Assembly (NCBI GenBank): GCA_963797095.1
Contig: CAWCNY010000006.1
Span: 352,001 to 416,000, forward strand
Reading direction: 5' to 3'
Length of the DNA: 64,000 nucleotides
DNA from: an uncultured Chloroflexia bacterium
GTDB taxonomy: Bacteria; Chloroflexota; Chloroflexia; QHBQ01; JADMIH01
Shown: positions 39,089 to 48,564 of the stretch, in pieces
Position numbering within the stretch: the first letter of the stretch is position 1
Layout of the letters: every line of letters starts with the position of its first letter
The notes under the pieces: model-generated
What the model saw: only the letters and a program-made list of their open reading frames with translations
Database searches by the model: none
What the model was told of the DNA's origin: nothing
Program-made: the position numbers and the translations under genes

Positions 39089-42000
39089 ATGGATTGCCCT
39101 AATTGCCAGACCCATAACCCCGAAGGTGCTAGGTTTTGCTTCAACTGTGGAACCTCCCTCTCCATCAATTGCAGCAATTGTGGCACCCAGCTGGTAGCCG
39201 GTGCCAAATTCTGCTTCAACTGTGGTCACCCGGTCTGTGCCCCTGTTAGCTCCACTACCGGCGCACCCCCGCCCAGCCAAGTAGCTCCTTCTCCTTCCTC
39301 CTCCATCTCCACCACCCTCACCACCGCCCCCTCCAATTCCGCCCACGACCGCCTTCAGCAATACATCCCCAAAGAGCTTCTAGGTAAGCTCGAAGCCGCC
39401 CGCGCCAACCGCAGCATGGCGGGCGAGCGCCGCATCGTCACAGTCCTCTTCTGCGATGTAAAAGGCTCCACCGCCCTGGCCGAAATGCTCGACCCCGAAG
39501 AATGGGCCGAGATCATGAATGGCGCGTTCAAATACCTCATCGAACCTATCTACAGGTATGAAGGCACCCTCGCCCGCCTCATGGGCGATGCCATTCTCGC
39601 CTTCTTCGGTGCGCCCATCGCCCACGAAGACGACCCTCAGCGTGCAGTCCTCGCAGGACTTGACATAATCGATGGGATGAAGACCTACCGCGAGAAGATC
39701 ATGCGTGAGCGCGGCTTCGACCTCAACGTCCGCATCGGCATCAACACAGGTCTTGTAGTGGTGGGCGAAGTAGGCTCCGACCTCCGCGTCGAGTACACAG
39801 CCATGGGCGACGCCGTCAACCTCGCCTCCCGCATGGAGCAGACAGCCGACCCCGATACCGTTCGCATCTCCGGCAACACCCACAAATCGGTCTCCAACCT
39901 CTTCCTCTTCAAATCCCTGGGTGACATCGAGGTGAAGGGCAAGTCCGAGCCTGTGCCTGCCTACGAGGTGCTGGGCGTCCGCGAAGGCGCAATCCCCACG
40001 CGAGGCATCGAAGGTCTATCCTCCCCCCTCGTCGGCAGAACTCGCGAGCTTTTCACCCTCCAATCGGCCCTGGACGACGTATCCGCAGGCATGGGCCGCA
40101 TAGTCTCCCTCATGGGAGAAGCCGGTCTAGGCAAATCTCGCCTGGTAGCCGAGCTAAAGGCTCAATTCCTGAACCAGGAACCGGGAACCAGGAACTTGGA
40201 ACTTGGAACTTGGAACTTATCCTGGTACGAAGGCCGCTCCCTATCGTACGAATCCACCGTGCCCTACGCTCCTTTCATCGACATGTTTAGCTCTATATTC
40301 GGCATCCACTCATCCGATAGCGACTCCGAACGCTACGACAAAGTAAGAGCCGGTGTCGAGTCTCTGCTCCCCGGCCACGGCGATGAGGTGGCCCCCTTTA
40401 TCGCCACTCTCCTGAACGTCAAACTGGACGGCGACCCCCGCGAGCGCATGCGCTACCTTGAGCCGCCAATGTTGCGCGGGCGTGTGTTCCATGCTGTTGC
40501 CCAGTTCATCGGCGCGCTTGCCTCCAATGGCCCTGTCGTCCTCCTCTTTGAAGACCTCCACTGGGTAGACCCCACCTCTCTCGAACTGATCGAGGCCCTC
40601 CTACCTCTCACCGACACCCTCCCCTTGATGCTCTTCGCCATCTTCCGCCCCAACAAGCAGGATCCCTCCTGGCGCTTCCACGAACTCGCCTCCAGCGATC
40701 ACCGCGACCGCTATGTGACCGTCTCCCTCCAACCCCTCGACGACACCGAATCCCGCCAACTTGTGGCTAACCTCCTTGAGATAGAAGACCTCCCTGAGAA
40801 AGTACGCGCCCTCATCCTCAGCAAAGCCGAGGGCAACCCCTTCTTCGTCGAAGAAGTTATCCGTTCCCTCCTCGATGCTAAACTCGTCATACGGGAAGAC
40901 GACCATTGGCGCGCCACCCGCGAGATCGAGAACATCGCCGTGCCAGATACCCTCGCCGGGGTCATCACCGCCCGCCTTGACAGGCTCGACGACGAATCGA
41001 AGTACGTCGCTCAGACCGCCTCCGTCGTAGGTCGCGATTTCCAGTATGATGTGCTCGGTGAAGTCTACGAAAGTCCCCAGACCCTTGATCCCTCCCTCGC
41101 CACCCTTCAACAGCGCGAGCTTGTGCGCGAGAAAAGCCGCATCCCGACCCGCGCCTACATGTTCAAGCACGTGCTCACCCAGGAGACCGCCTATTCCTCC
41201 GTCCTCCTGAGCAGACGGCGCGAGATACACCGCCGCGTCGCCGAATGTCTCGAACGAGTCGCCCCCGACCGTGTAAACGACATAGCCCGCCACTATTTAG
41301 AGGCTCGCCAGGATGCTCGCGCCCTTCCTTACCTGATCGAGGCCGCCGACCGCGAAGCTCGCGCAGGCGCACGCGACGAGGCCATCGGCCACTACCGCCA
41401 GGCCGTCGCAGTTTCCATAAACCTCGATGACCATGCCTCCGTGCGCAAAGCCTACGAGGGTCTGGGCAAGTCGTTGGAGTTCGCGATGCAACCGATGGAA
41501 GCTATCGAGACCTACAACACTATGCTCTCTTTTGGCGAGCAACACAGCGATCCATCTATGCAAGTCTCCGCCCTCAATAAGCTCTCCTATGCGACCGCTT
41601 TCATGCTCGGCCAGATGCCGGAGGCTGAGGCATACCTCTCACGCGCTGAAGAGATCGCCAACGACAACGCAGAATTGGTCGGCCTGGTTAAATCCTCTAC
41701 TGTGCGTTGCGGCATCTGCACTATGGTGGCCGATTTCGACAATGCCGCCAAACATCTTGAGAACGCCGCCGAGCTGGGTCGCCGCATCGAAAACCTCGAT
41801 ACCACCGCTTACGGGCTGGCGCACCGCGCCAACATGCTTACCCACCTCATGAAGTTTGACGAGGTTTATGAGGTCTCCATGGAGGGTCTCCAGGTGAGCG
41901 ACGCCGCGGGCCACTTGGAACACAAGGCCAACATCATGTCCTATCCGCTCCCCGTCTATTACATGCACAAAGGTAACCTTGCCGAGGCTTATAGGTGGGC

Positions 42001-42841
42001 GGGGGAAGGCTATACCATCGCCGACCGCATAGGCTCTCCCGTCCCCTGTATCATGGCGGCCTACTTTTCGGGCTACATCGCTGAATTGCAGGGCGACTAT
42101 GAAACAGCCCTCGATTGGCATCGCAAAGGGTTGCAGCACGCCCGCCCCATGGCCACCTTCTTTCCTTTTGTGTTGGTCCCTCCCCTTGGTGGTCTCGGCG
42201 TGATCTGCCTCGACATCTCAGATGCCCTCAAGGACAAGGTGACGGAATATCACACCGAGGCGCTCAACATCCTCAAGACCCCCATGGGTTCCCCCACAGG
42301 CGGCACAGGCTGGGCTGACCTCGGCTTTTGCGCCTTGCAACTGGGGTATCCTGATATAGCCTATCAGTATTTCGAGAACGGCCTGACCGTTCCCTCCATG
42401 CAAATGTACTTGATGAAGCCCCGGCTGCTGGCGGGTGCAGCCCTGGCCGCTCAGGCCCTCGGCAACACAGATGAGGCCACTTCCAGGATGCAGGAAGCCT
42501 GCACCTTTATGGAAGCTAACGGCCTGGATTGGTATAAACCACAATTGGCCCTCCTCGACGCCGGATTAGCCGCCGCCCTTGGCTCGTCTGAGCAGGCCCT
42601 CGAAAAGTACAGGCAAGCCATAGCCCTCTCAGAGGAGTCGCACATGCCCCACATAAAATGGCAGGCCCAACTGGGTGCCGCCAAACTCCTTCAAGAGTGT
42701 GGCAACACCGCCGAATCCCAAACGCTCCTCCAGAGCGCCCAACAAACACTCAACGAACTGTCAGCTGGCTTCAAAGACCCAACCTACAAAGAAGCCTTTC
42801 AGGAAAACCCGGCCCACCAACTAGCCGCCCAACCCCAATAA
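39089..42841 (+). CDS. Double zinc ribbon + class III nucleotide cyclase + AAA ATPase + TPR protein
   Basis: Four CxxC motifs; VLFCDVKGST, MGD, GDAVNLASR; GEAGLGKS, EDLHW, GNPFF; AAAGGAG RBS. Confidence 0.9.
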   Translation: MDCPNCQTHNPEGARFCFNCGTSLSINCSNCGTQLVAGAKFCFNCGHPVCAPVSSTTGAPPPSQVAPSPSSSISTTLTTAPSNSAHDRLQQYIPKELLGKLEAARANRSMAGERRIVTVLFCDVKGSTALAEMLDPEEWAEIMNGAFKYLIEPIYRYEGTLARLMGDAILAFFGAPIAHEDDPQRAVLAGLDIIDGMKTYREKIMRERGFDLNVRIGINTGLVVVGEVGSDLRVEYTAMGDAVNLASRMEQTADPDTVRISGNTHKSVSNLFLFKSLGDIEVKGKSEPVPAYEVLGVREGAIPTRGIEGLSSPLVGRTRELFTLQSALDDVSAGMGRIVSLMGEAGLGKSRLVAELKAQFLNQEPGTRNLELGTWNLSWYEGRSLSYESTVPYAPFIDMFSSIFGIHSSDSDSERYDKVRAGVESLLPGHGDEVAPFIATLLNVKLDGDPRERMRYLEPPMLRGRVFHAVAQFIGALASNGPVVLLFEDLHWVDPTSLELIEALLPLTDTLPLMLFAIFRPNKQDPSWRFHELASSDHRDRYVTVSLQPLDDTESRQLVANLLEIEDLPEKVRALILSKAEGNPFFVEEVIRSLLDAKLVIREDDHWRATREIENIAVPDTLAGVITARLDRLDDESKYVAQTASVVGRDFQYDVLGEVYESPQTLDPSLATLQQRELVREKSRIPTRAYMFKHVLTQETAYSSVLLSRRREIHRRVAECLERVAPDRVNDIARHYLEARQDARALPYLIEAADREARAGARDEAIGHYRQAVAVSINLDDHASVRKAYEGLGKSLEFAMQPMEAIETYNTMLSFGEQHSDPSMQVSALNKLSYATAFMLGQMPEAEAYLSRAEEIANDNAELVGLVKSSTVRCGICTMVADFDNAAKHLENAAELGRRIENLDTTAYGLAHRANMLTHLMKFDEVYEVSMEGLQVSDAAGHLEHKANIMSYPLPVYYMHKGNLAEAYRWAGEGYTIADRIGSPVPCIMAAYFSGYIAELQGDYETALDWHRKGLQHARPMATFFPFVLVPPLGGLGVICLDISDALKDKVTEYHTEALNILKTPMGSPTGGTGWADLGFCALQLGYPDIAYQYFENGLTVPSMQMYLMKPRLLAGAALAAQALGNTDEATSRMQEACTFMEANGLDWYKPQLALLDAGLAAALGSSEQALEKYRQAIALSEESHMPHIKWQAQLGAAKLLQECGNTAESQTLLQSAQQTLNELSAGFKDPTYKEAFQENPAHQLAAQPQ

Positions 42842-42909
42842 CGAGTAACCAGGAACTTTCCGACTACCGACTACACCAGGGAACACATATCCCGTCCCAG
42901 GAGCCCCCA

Positions 42910-44571
42910 ATGCCCAAACCTGTAATCCTAACCGTAGACGACGAGCCCGTTGTGCTGGGCGCGATCGAGCGCGACCTGCGCCGCAAGTACGGCAAAGACT
43001 ACCAGGTTATCAGAGCCGACTCCGGCGCTGCCGCTCTCGACGCCCTCCAGCAGCTTAAGCTGCGCAACCAGCCTGTGGCCCTCTTCCTCGTAGACCAGCG
43101 CATGCCCGTCATGTCGGGCGTCGAGTTCTTGCAGGAGGCCACTCCCCTCTTCCCCGACGCCAAGCGCGCCCTCCTCACCGCCTACGCCGACACCGAGGCC
43201 GCCATCAAGGCTATCAACGAGGTCAGGCTCGACTACTACCTCATGAAGCCCTGGGACCCCCCCGACCAGAACCTCTACCCCGTGCTCGATGATCTGCTCG
43301 ACGACTGGCAGGCCCAGTTCCGACCCACCTTCGAGGGCATCCGCGTCCTCGGCCATCGCTGGTCCCCACTCTCCCACCAGATCAAAGATTTCCTGGCTCG
43401 CAACCAGATCCCGTACCATTGGGTAGACGTGGAGCTCGACCCCGAAGCCCCTACCCTCCTCGAGTCCTTGGGTGCAGATGCCACCAAGCTTCCCATTGTG
43501 CTCTTCCCCGACGGCTCTCACCTCACCCAGCCCACCAACTCCCAGGTTGCCGAAAAGGCCGGGCGCAGGCTCACGGCCAGCATGCCCTTCTACGACGTAA
43601 TAATCGTAGGTGGCGGCCCCGCCGGTCTTGCCGCCGCCGTATACGGCGCTTCCGAGGGCCTCCGCACCCTCATGATCGAGCGCGAAGCCCCCGGTGGTCA
43701 GGCGGGCACAAGCTCTCGCATCGAAAACTACCTCGGCTTTCCATCGGGCCTCACCGGTTGGGACCTCGCCCGCAGGGCCGTAACCCAGGCCACCCGCTTC
43801 GGTGCCGAATTGCTCACTCCCCAGGAGGTATACGAGTTTCGTGTGGAAGACCCCTACCGCATCGTTCGCCTGATCGACGGCACCGAGATCAGCTGCCATG
43901 CCCTCATGATCGCCACCGGCGTCAGCTACCGCAAGCTCGACCTCCCGGGCATCGAGCCCCTCACAGGGGCCGGCATATATTATGGCGCGGCCCAATCCGA
44001 AGCCATGTCCTACAAAGGCGAGGATGTCTTCATAGTGGGTGGCGCGAACTCTGCCGGCCAGGCTGCCATGTACTTCTCTCGCTACGCCACTACCGTCACT
44101 ATGCTCGTGCGCGGCGACTCGCTTGCCAAGGGCATGTCCCGATATCTGGTCGACCAGATCTCCCAAACTCCCAATATCCACGTCCTCCTCAACTCCAGCG
44201 TATCAGCTGTGCAGGGCACCGATCGCCTCGAGTCCATCACCATAGCCAACGCCGCCACCGGCGAGGAGCAAAGCGTGCCTGCGACCGCCGTCTTCATCTT
44301 CATTGGCGCGCAGCCTCGCACTGAGTGGGTAGGTGGAGTGCTCGAACGCGACGCCATGGGCTTCATCATCACAGGCCCCGACCTCCTCAAAGACAACCGG
44401 CTCCCCAAAGGCTGGCACCTCAAGCGCCAACCCTTCTGGCTCGAAGCCAGCGTCCCAGGCGTCTTCGTAGCCGGCGATGTGCGCCACCGCTCAGTAAAGC
44501 GTATGGCCACTGCCGTAGGCGAAGGCTCAATGGCCGTCCAGTTCATCCACCAGTATCTATCGACTTTGTAG
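42910..44571 (+). CDS. Fused response regulator receiver / thioredoxin-reductase-like flavoprotein
   Basis: VDDE, DQRMP, LTAY, KPW receiver; GGGPAG, GGANSAGQ, GDVR; YYGA where TrxB has CxxC. Confidence 0.92.
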   Translation: MPKPVILTVDDEPVVLGAIERDLRRKYGKDYQVIRADSGAAALDALQQLKLRNQPVALFLVDQRMPVMSGVEFLQEATPLFPDAKRALLTAYADTEAAIKAINEVRLDYYLMKPWDPPDQNLYPVLDDLLDDWQAQFRPTFEGIRVLGHRWSPLSHQIKDFLARNQIPYHWVDVELDPEAPTLLESLGADATKLPIVLFPDGSHLTQPTNSQVAEKAGRRLTASMPFYDVIIVGGGPAGLAAAVYGASEGLRTLMIEREAPGGQAGTSSRIENYLGFPSGLTGWDLARRAVTQATRFGAELLTPQEVYEFRVEDPYRIVRLIDGTEISCHALMIATGVSYRKLDLPGIEPLTGAGIYYGAAQSEAMSYKGEDVFIVGGANSAGQAAMYFSRYATTVTMLVRGDSLAKGMSRYLVDQISQTPNIHVLLNSSVSAVQGTDRLESITIANAATGEEQSVPATAVFIFIGAQPRTEWVGGVLERDAMGFIITGPDLLKDNRLPKGWHLKRQPFWLEASVPGVFVAGDVRHRSVKRMATAVGEGSMAVQFIHQYLSTL

Positions 44572-44626
44572 CCGGTAATCGGAATCAGCAACGACTTTTG
44601 TGTAGCACTACTGACCCTCCAAATCC

Positions 44627-46324
44627 ATGACCCAAGCCTGCTCCCATCTGGACCAGATCCAAGAAGTCGCCCCTCAGTCCGAAGGCTGTGAGGAATGCCT
44701 CGCCCTGGGCGATCCCTGGGTCCATCTCCGCATCTGCAAGACCTGCGGTCATGTCGGCTGCTGCGACGAATCGAAGAACCGCCACGCCACCAAACATTTC
44801 CACGCGACCCATCACCCCGTCATCCAATCGTTCGAGCCGGGCGAGGACTGGATGTGGTGCTACGAGGACGAAGCCCTCATCTACCCCTCCGACGACCAGG
44901 GCCACGGCACCAAGCTTGCCATTACCAAAGAGTTCCTGCGCCGCCTCCCCATCTTCGGCAATCTTGCCGACGAGCACCTCAATAAGCTATGCGAGATAGC
45001 CGAGCCTACCACCGTCAAGGCGGGCCAGCTTCTCATGGAAGAAGGTAGCCCAGGCGATGCACTTTACATAATAGTTGACGGTGAGTTCGAGGTCACCAAG
45101 CGCGCCGGCAAAGAGACCCTCCTTCTGGGTACCCGCGGTTCAGGTGAGATGCTCGGCGAGATGTCACTCCTCGAACAGGTGCCTCGCACCGCCACGGTGC
45201 ATGCCCTGCGCGACAGCCGCGTGCTCGTCATCAGCCGCGAGGCCTTCTACAACCTCCTCACCGGCAACCCCTCCGCCGTCTTCGGCATCCTCCGCACCTT
45301 CATCGAGCGCCAGCGCAGCACCGAGACTCTCATGGTCGCGCACGACAAACTCGCCTCCCTTGGTGCCATCGCCGCCGGTCTCGCTCACGAACTGAACAAC
45401 CCCGCCGCTGCCGTTCGCCGCAGCGCCGACCAGCTACGCGAAGTCCTCGGCACCTGGCAGCGCGTCTCCATCGACTTCGACCGCCTGACTTTCACCGGCG
45501 AGCAGGTCGCCAGGCTCGAAGAGCTTCGCGACGACATGGAAGCCCGTTCCACCCGCACCCTCATGCTCGATCCCCTCGCCCGTGGCGACCGCGAAACCGA
45601 GGTCCAGGACTGGCTCGATGCCCGCTCCATAGACGAATCATGGGAGATCGCCCCCGTCCTCGTCTCCTTCGGCTGGGACGCCGCCGGGCTTGAAACCTCC
45701 CTCGCCCCCTTCTCCGAAGGCCAACTTCCCGTGATCGTCTCCTGGCTCTCCTCAGGCTCCTCCGCCTACGGACTCCTCTCCGAGGTCCAGATTAGCGCCC
45801 AGCGCATTTCCGAGATCGTCAAAGCTGTCAAGACCTACTCCTATCTCGACCAGGCCCCCATCCAGCAGGTCGACATCCACGAGGGCCTGGAAAACACCCT
45901 CGTCATGTTGCGCCACAACCTCAAAACAGGTGTCATAGTCAACAAGCAGTACGACCCAAACCTCCCCAAGATCGAGGGCTACGGCAGCGAGCTAAACCAG
46001 GTCTGGACCAATATCATCGACAACGCCATCTCGGCCATGGACGGTCACGGCGAGCTTACCATCAAAACGTACACCCAGGGCACCAACGTAATAATCGAGA
46101 TAGCCGATAATGGCCCCGGCATCCCTCCCGATGTCCAGAAGCGTATCTTCGAGCCTTTCTATACCACCAAAGGCCCAGGCGTGGGCAGCGGCCTCGGCCT
46201 CCATATCGTCTACAACATCATCGTCGACAAGCACCACGGCAGCGTCAAAGTCAACTCCCACCCCGGCTATACCTGCTTCCAGATCACCCTCCCCACGCAG
46301 TTAGCCCGCGATGCCCAGGGCTGA
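44627..46324 (+). CDS. UBP-type zinc finger + cNMP-binding + histidine kinase
   Basis: CSH..CEEC..CKTC..CC..H..H zinc finger; GEMSLL..RTA cNMP fold; AHELNNP, NQVWTNIIDNA, DNGPGI, TTKGPGVGSGLGL. Confidence 0.92.
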   Translation: MTQACSHLDQIQEVAPQSEGCEECLALGDPWVHLRICKTCGHVGCCDESKNRHATKHFHATHHPVIQSFEPGEDWMWCYEDEALIYPSDDQGHGTKLAITKEFLRRLPIFGNLADEHLNKLCEIAEPTTVKAGQLLMEEGSPGDALYIIVDGEFEVTKRAGKETLLLGTRGSGEMLGEMSLLEQVPRTATVHALRDSRVLVISREAFYNLLTGNPSAVFGILRTFIERQRSTETLMVAHDKLASLGAIAAGLAHELNNPAAAVRRSADQLREVLGTWQRVSIDFDRLTFTGEQVARLEELRDDMEARSTRTLMLDPLARGDRETEVQDWLDARSIDESWEIAPVLVSFGWDAAGLETSLAPFSEGQLPVIVSWLSSGSSAYGLLSEVQISAQRISEIVKAVKTYSYLDQAPIQQVDIHEGLENTLVMLRHNLKTGVIVNKQYDPNLPKIEGYGSELNQVWTNIIDNAISAMDGHGELTIKTYTQGTNVIIEIADNGPGIPPDVQKRIFEPFYTTKGPGVGSGLGLHIVYNIIVDKHHGSVKVNSHPGYTCFQITLPTQLARDAQG

Positions 46325-46340
46325 TCCCTCTTTACCTACG

Positions 46341-46625
46341 ATGGACGACCCCATTCAAACCCTATCAGCTCTCCTTTCGCAGGCTAAAGCCGATCACATC
46401 GCCTATGAGATCGACGTGCTAAACGGCACCGACCCCGATTGGCCAGGCTGGTACGCTCGCTATCTGCTCGACCACGACGCCCAATCGCTCGATGGTTGGC
46501 CGTCGAGCGTCACCACCACCGGCGCTCTAGTGGCTTTGCTTGACCAAGCTGCTCAGCATCACCGATCCCACGCCACTCACGAACAGTGGCCCGACTACTA
46601 CGCCAGGTATATCCTGTCCACTTGA
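46341..46625 (+). CDS. Hypothetical protein with two WPxxYAxY motifs
   Basis: DWPGWYARY and QWPDYYARY; co-oriented within the cluster. Confidence 0.7.
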   Translation: MDDPIQTLSALLSQAKADHIAYEIDVLNGTDPDWPGWYARYLLDHDAQSLDGWPSSVTTTGALVALLDQAAQHHRSHATHEQWPDYYARYILST

Positions 46626-46642
46626 GAGGAGAACCCGCCCCT

Positions 46643-47038
46643 ATGTCCCCGAAGGAGATTGAGCTGATCCTGGCCCGCCAACTGGCGAGCTATCTGGCTG
46701 TGCCCGTCTTTGTCGCCGACCCACAGGGCAATCTGGTCTACTACAACGAGCAGGCCGGTATCGTGCTCGGCCACCCCTTTGAGGACTCCGAGGACCTCCC
46801 CCTCTACGACAGGCTGGGTTCCCTTGAGCCGCGCGAGGAGGCAGGCAAACCCATCCCCCCCGCAAACATGCCCCTCGCCCTTGCCGTCACCGACCGGCGT
46901 CCCGTCCATCACCGCTTCTGGATTCGCGGCCTCGACGGTGTCCCTCGCCACATCGAAGCCACCGCCTTTCCCCTCCTCGGTTTCGATAATCGCTTCGCCG
47001 GCGCGATGTCCGTCTTCTGGGAGATCGACAAAGGATGA
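46643..47038 (+). CDS. Stand-alone PAS domain protein
   Basis: FVADPQGNLVYYNEQA..LG; GAGGAG RBS; ATGA overlap with the next gene. Confidence 0.82.
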   Translation: MSPKEIELILARQLASYLAVPVFVADPQGNLVYYNEQAGIVLGHPFEDSEDLPLYDRLGSLEPREEAGKPIPPANMPLALAVTDRRPVHHRFWIRGLDGVPRHIEATAFPLLGFDNRFAGAMSVFWEIDKG

Positions 47039-47886
47039 AGGTCACTATCTGGGGGAGCCGCGGCTCTGTCGCCTCCCCCGGCCCCGACACCATCCGTTAT
47101 GGCGGCAATACCTCCTGCGTAGAGGTGCGCGGCGACGATGGCACTCTCCTGGTGCTCGATGCCGGTACCGGTATGCGCCGCCTCGGTTCCACACTCCCCG
47201 AAGCTATCGGGCGAGTTGACATAATGCTCACCCACCTCCACATGGACCACATCCAGGGCCTCGGCTTCTTCGCCCCCCTTCGCCGCGTTGGTGCCGAGGT
47301 ACATATCTGGGGTCCCGCCGGCAGCACTCTCAGCCTTCGCTCCCGCCTGGGCCTCTACCTCTCCCCACCCCTCTTCCCCGTCCACATCCGCGAGCTACCA
47401 TGCACCCTCTATTTCCACGAGCTTCCCAATGAGCAGCCCACAATCCGGATAGGCGAGTTCGAGGTATCGTCGGCGGTAGTCTGTCACCCCGACCCCACCA
47501 TCGGCTACCGCATCACCTCTCCCTCTGGCACCCTCGCCTATCTCCCCGACCACGAACCCGCCCTCGGCCTTCGAGATTTCACCCTCCCCGGCGAGTGGGT
47601 TTCCGGCTATTCCCTCGCCCGCGAAGCCGACCTTCTGGTCCACGACGCCCAGTACACCACAGATGAGTACAACGAGCGCATCGGCTGGGGCCATAGCTCT
47701 ATCCTCCAAACCTTCCAGTTCGCCGAGCTATCCCATGTCCGCCAATTGGCCCCCTTCCACCACGATCCCACCCACGACGACGACACCCTTGACCGCCTCA
47801 TCTCAGAAGTCCAACAATCCAAACAATGGCCCTTCACCGTAGTACCCGCCGCCGAAGGCGCAACTTACACCCTCCCTAACGCATAA
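47035..47886 (+). CDS. MBL-fold metallo-hydrolase (cyclic phosphodiesterase-like)
   Basis: GSRGS..RYGGNTSC, DAGTG, THLHMDH, DHE, GHS, FHHDP. Confidence 0.9.
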   Translation: MKVTIWGSRGSVASPGPDTIRYGGNTSCVEVRGDDGTLLVLDAGTGMRRLGSTLPEAIGRVDIMLTHLHMDHIQGLGFFAPLRRVGAEVHIWGPAGSTLSLRSRLGLYLSPPLFPVHIRELPCTLYFHELPNEQPTIRIGEFEVSSAVVCHPDPTIGYRITSPSGTLAYLPDHEPALGLRDFTLPGEWVSGYSLAREADLLVHDAQYTTDEYNERIGWGHSSILQTFQFAELSHVRQLAPFHHDPTHDDDTLDRLISEVQQSKQWPFTVVPAAEGATYTLPNA

Positions 47887-47961
47887 ACTTCGAACTCTAA
47901 ACACAAACAATCCTTCGTGCCCTTCGTCAAAGCTTTGTCCCTTCGTGTTCCAAAATCCAAA

Positions 47962-48549
47962 ATGATCCAGCCTCTACCCGTGGGTGCGCTCTGGCTCCTC
48001 GATCTTCAGCATCAAGCCCCCAACCCCGTCCTCCCCAACATCCCTGCTACCTTCCAGCAGGTCGGCTCCGAAACGGCTTCCGCTCTGGCCGAAACGATGG
48101 GCTTCGGCGACCCTGCCCCGGTCCTCGAACGCTTCTCCGGCACTCGTCGCTGCTACGTTGGCTGGGTCAATGGCGTGCTTGCCACCTATGGCTGGGTGAG
48201 CTTCAACGAAGAGTGGGTCGGTGAGCTTGAGCTTCGTGTCCGGCTCGCACCCGACGAAGCCTACATCTGGGACTGCGCTACCCTGCAATCCTACCGTGGA
48301 CAGGGCCTCTACCCCGCCCTTCTGGCCCACATCGCCGGACTGCTCCAGGCCGAAGGGCTGCATCGCATCTGGATAGGCGCTGATACAGGCAGCGTGCCCT
48401 CGCAAAAGGGCATAACCCGGGCAGGCTTCCACCCCATCGCCGACTTCTATGCAGACCCTGCCCTACCTGAGCGATACTACACCGTTGGCCGTCCCGGCGT
48501 CCCCGAAGACCTCGTTCATGCAGCCCACAACGTACTTCTCTCCGGCTAG
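47962..48549 (+). CDS. GNAT acetyltransferase
   Basis: YIWDCAT..YRGQGLY, SQKGITRAGF. Confidence 0.8.
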   Translation: MIQPLPVGALWLLDLQHQAPNPVLPNIPATFQQVGSETASALAETMGFGDPAPVLERFSGTRRCYVGWVNGVLATYGWVSFNEEWVGELELRVRLAPDEAYIWDCATLQSYRGQGLYPALLAHIAGLLQAEGLHRIWIGADTGSVPSQKGITRAGFHPIADFYADPALPERYYTVGRPGVPEDLVHAAHNVLLSG

Positions 48550-48564
48550 CCCTAGCCCACATAC

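Noticed and set aside
35902-42841. STAND/cyclase genes as an anti-phage system (Avs or Pycsar)
   Set aside because: No toxic effector domain or defence-island context; the architecture fits signalling STAND paralogues, though defence cannot be excluded.
42928-44181. Long antisense and off-frame ORFs (also 406-1269, 16536-17639, 48970-49986)
   Set aside because: They fully overlap well-supported genes, have no motifs, and are expected from high GC and codon bias.
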